Assembly: GCA_020891255.1 (NCBI GenBank)
Contig: BQFW01000008.1
Location: forward strand, 2,232,001 to 2,296,000
DNA from: Entomortierella parvispora E1425
Taxonomy: Eukaryota > Fungi > Mortierellomycota
Length of the DNA stretch: 64,000 nucleotides
Reading direction: 5' to 3'
Under the pieces are notes generated by a model. The model was not told the DNA's origin. It did no database searches and saw only the letters and a list, made by a program, of their open reading frames with translations. Shown here one piece after another: positions 63,393 to 64,000 of this stretch; position 1 is the stretch's first letter; each line of letters opens with the position of its first letter. The position numbers and the translations under genes were made by a program.

Positions 63393-64000
63393 GGTTAAGG
63401 TCTGTGGGGTTTGAAAATAGGACCGTGAGTGATGGAGGAGGAGAGAGGACAAGAATGTGAAAGTGGCAGAAAGGTGGAAAGAAGGTGGAAAGGCGTCGGG
63501 GGCTATTTATCTGGCTTGCTCTTTGTCTCTCTCCCCGTCCAAGGTCGAGAGACTTTTATCCTTTGTGCGCCGTGAGCACCATTGAGATTGAAGCAACGGT
63601 GGTCACAAGAAACACAACACCTCCGAGGGTACCACAACAGAGAGAGATGGGCAAACCGGTTGCTGTTCTTGCGGAAGGCATGCATGTTTACAGCGAAAGG
63701 TGGGGCAATGCTCGTTTCCCTATTTGCTTGGCGCTTTCAGAAGAGGTCTCAAGATCTAGGCGACAGGCAGTAAAAGATCTTCGAGCTCTGGCTAAATGGG
63801 GACAGTGCGCCAATTTTTGTTGGGCGAAGCTCAATTGTCTCTCCACTCCACCTTCTCTATAATAGCCCTCAGGAGTCAAATGGCGATTTGCGGATAATCT
63901 GCTTGAGGCACTGTTTTGTCGCTCTCTTTTTATGATGTTTGATCTACGAAAATAAAACGCTTCATCCTTGGCCAAGACTCTGCCATCCATTGCAGATCCA

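Overview
This is a gene-dense, intron-rich window from an early-diverging fungus, probably Mortierellaceae (inferred from intron style and gene content). Housekeeping genes fill both flanks: TKL kinase-ankyrin, PP2A catalytic subunit, SRP14, NUDT15-like Nudix, DUF202, SHMT, MCM9, alpha/beta hydrolase, DUF726, Brc1/Rtt107-like BRCT protein, cobalamin-dependent methionine synthase, DUF3712 repeat protein and an FAD monooxygenase. There are also two identical intronic snR52-like C/D snoRNAs and a truncated Mutator-like transposase. The main discovery is a ~15.4-kb minus-strand mobile island (34.0-49.4 kb). It holds (1) a six-exon, frame-intact 1496-aa gene fusing an XPG/FEN1-family 5' nuclease to a Fanzor/TnpB RuvC nuclease, with the catalytic motifs of both present; (2) a candidate omegaRNA region whose last 93 nt look like a spliceosomal intron ending exactly where a 127-bp copy of the neighbouring host gene's 3' end begins; and (3) a head-to-tail dimer of a 4.15-kb Crypton (tyrosine recombinase + GCR1_C). 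A strongly base-paired, pseudoknot-like structure also sits in an unusually long intron of the B12-dependent methionine synthase. All calls were made by hand translation and motif recognition; no database searches were run.
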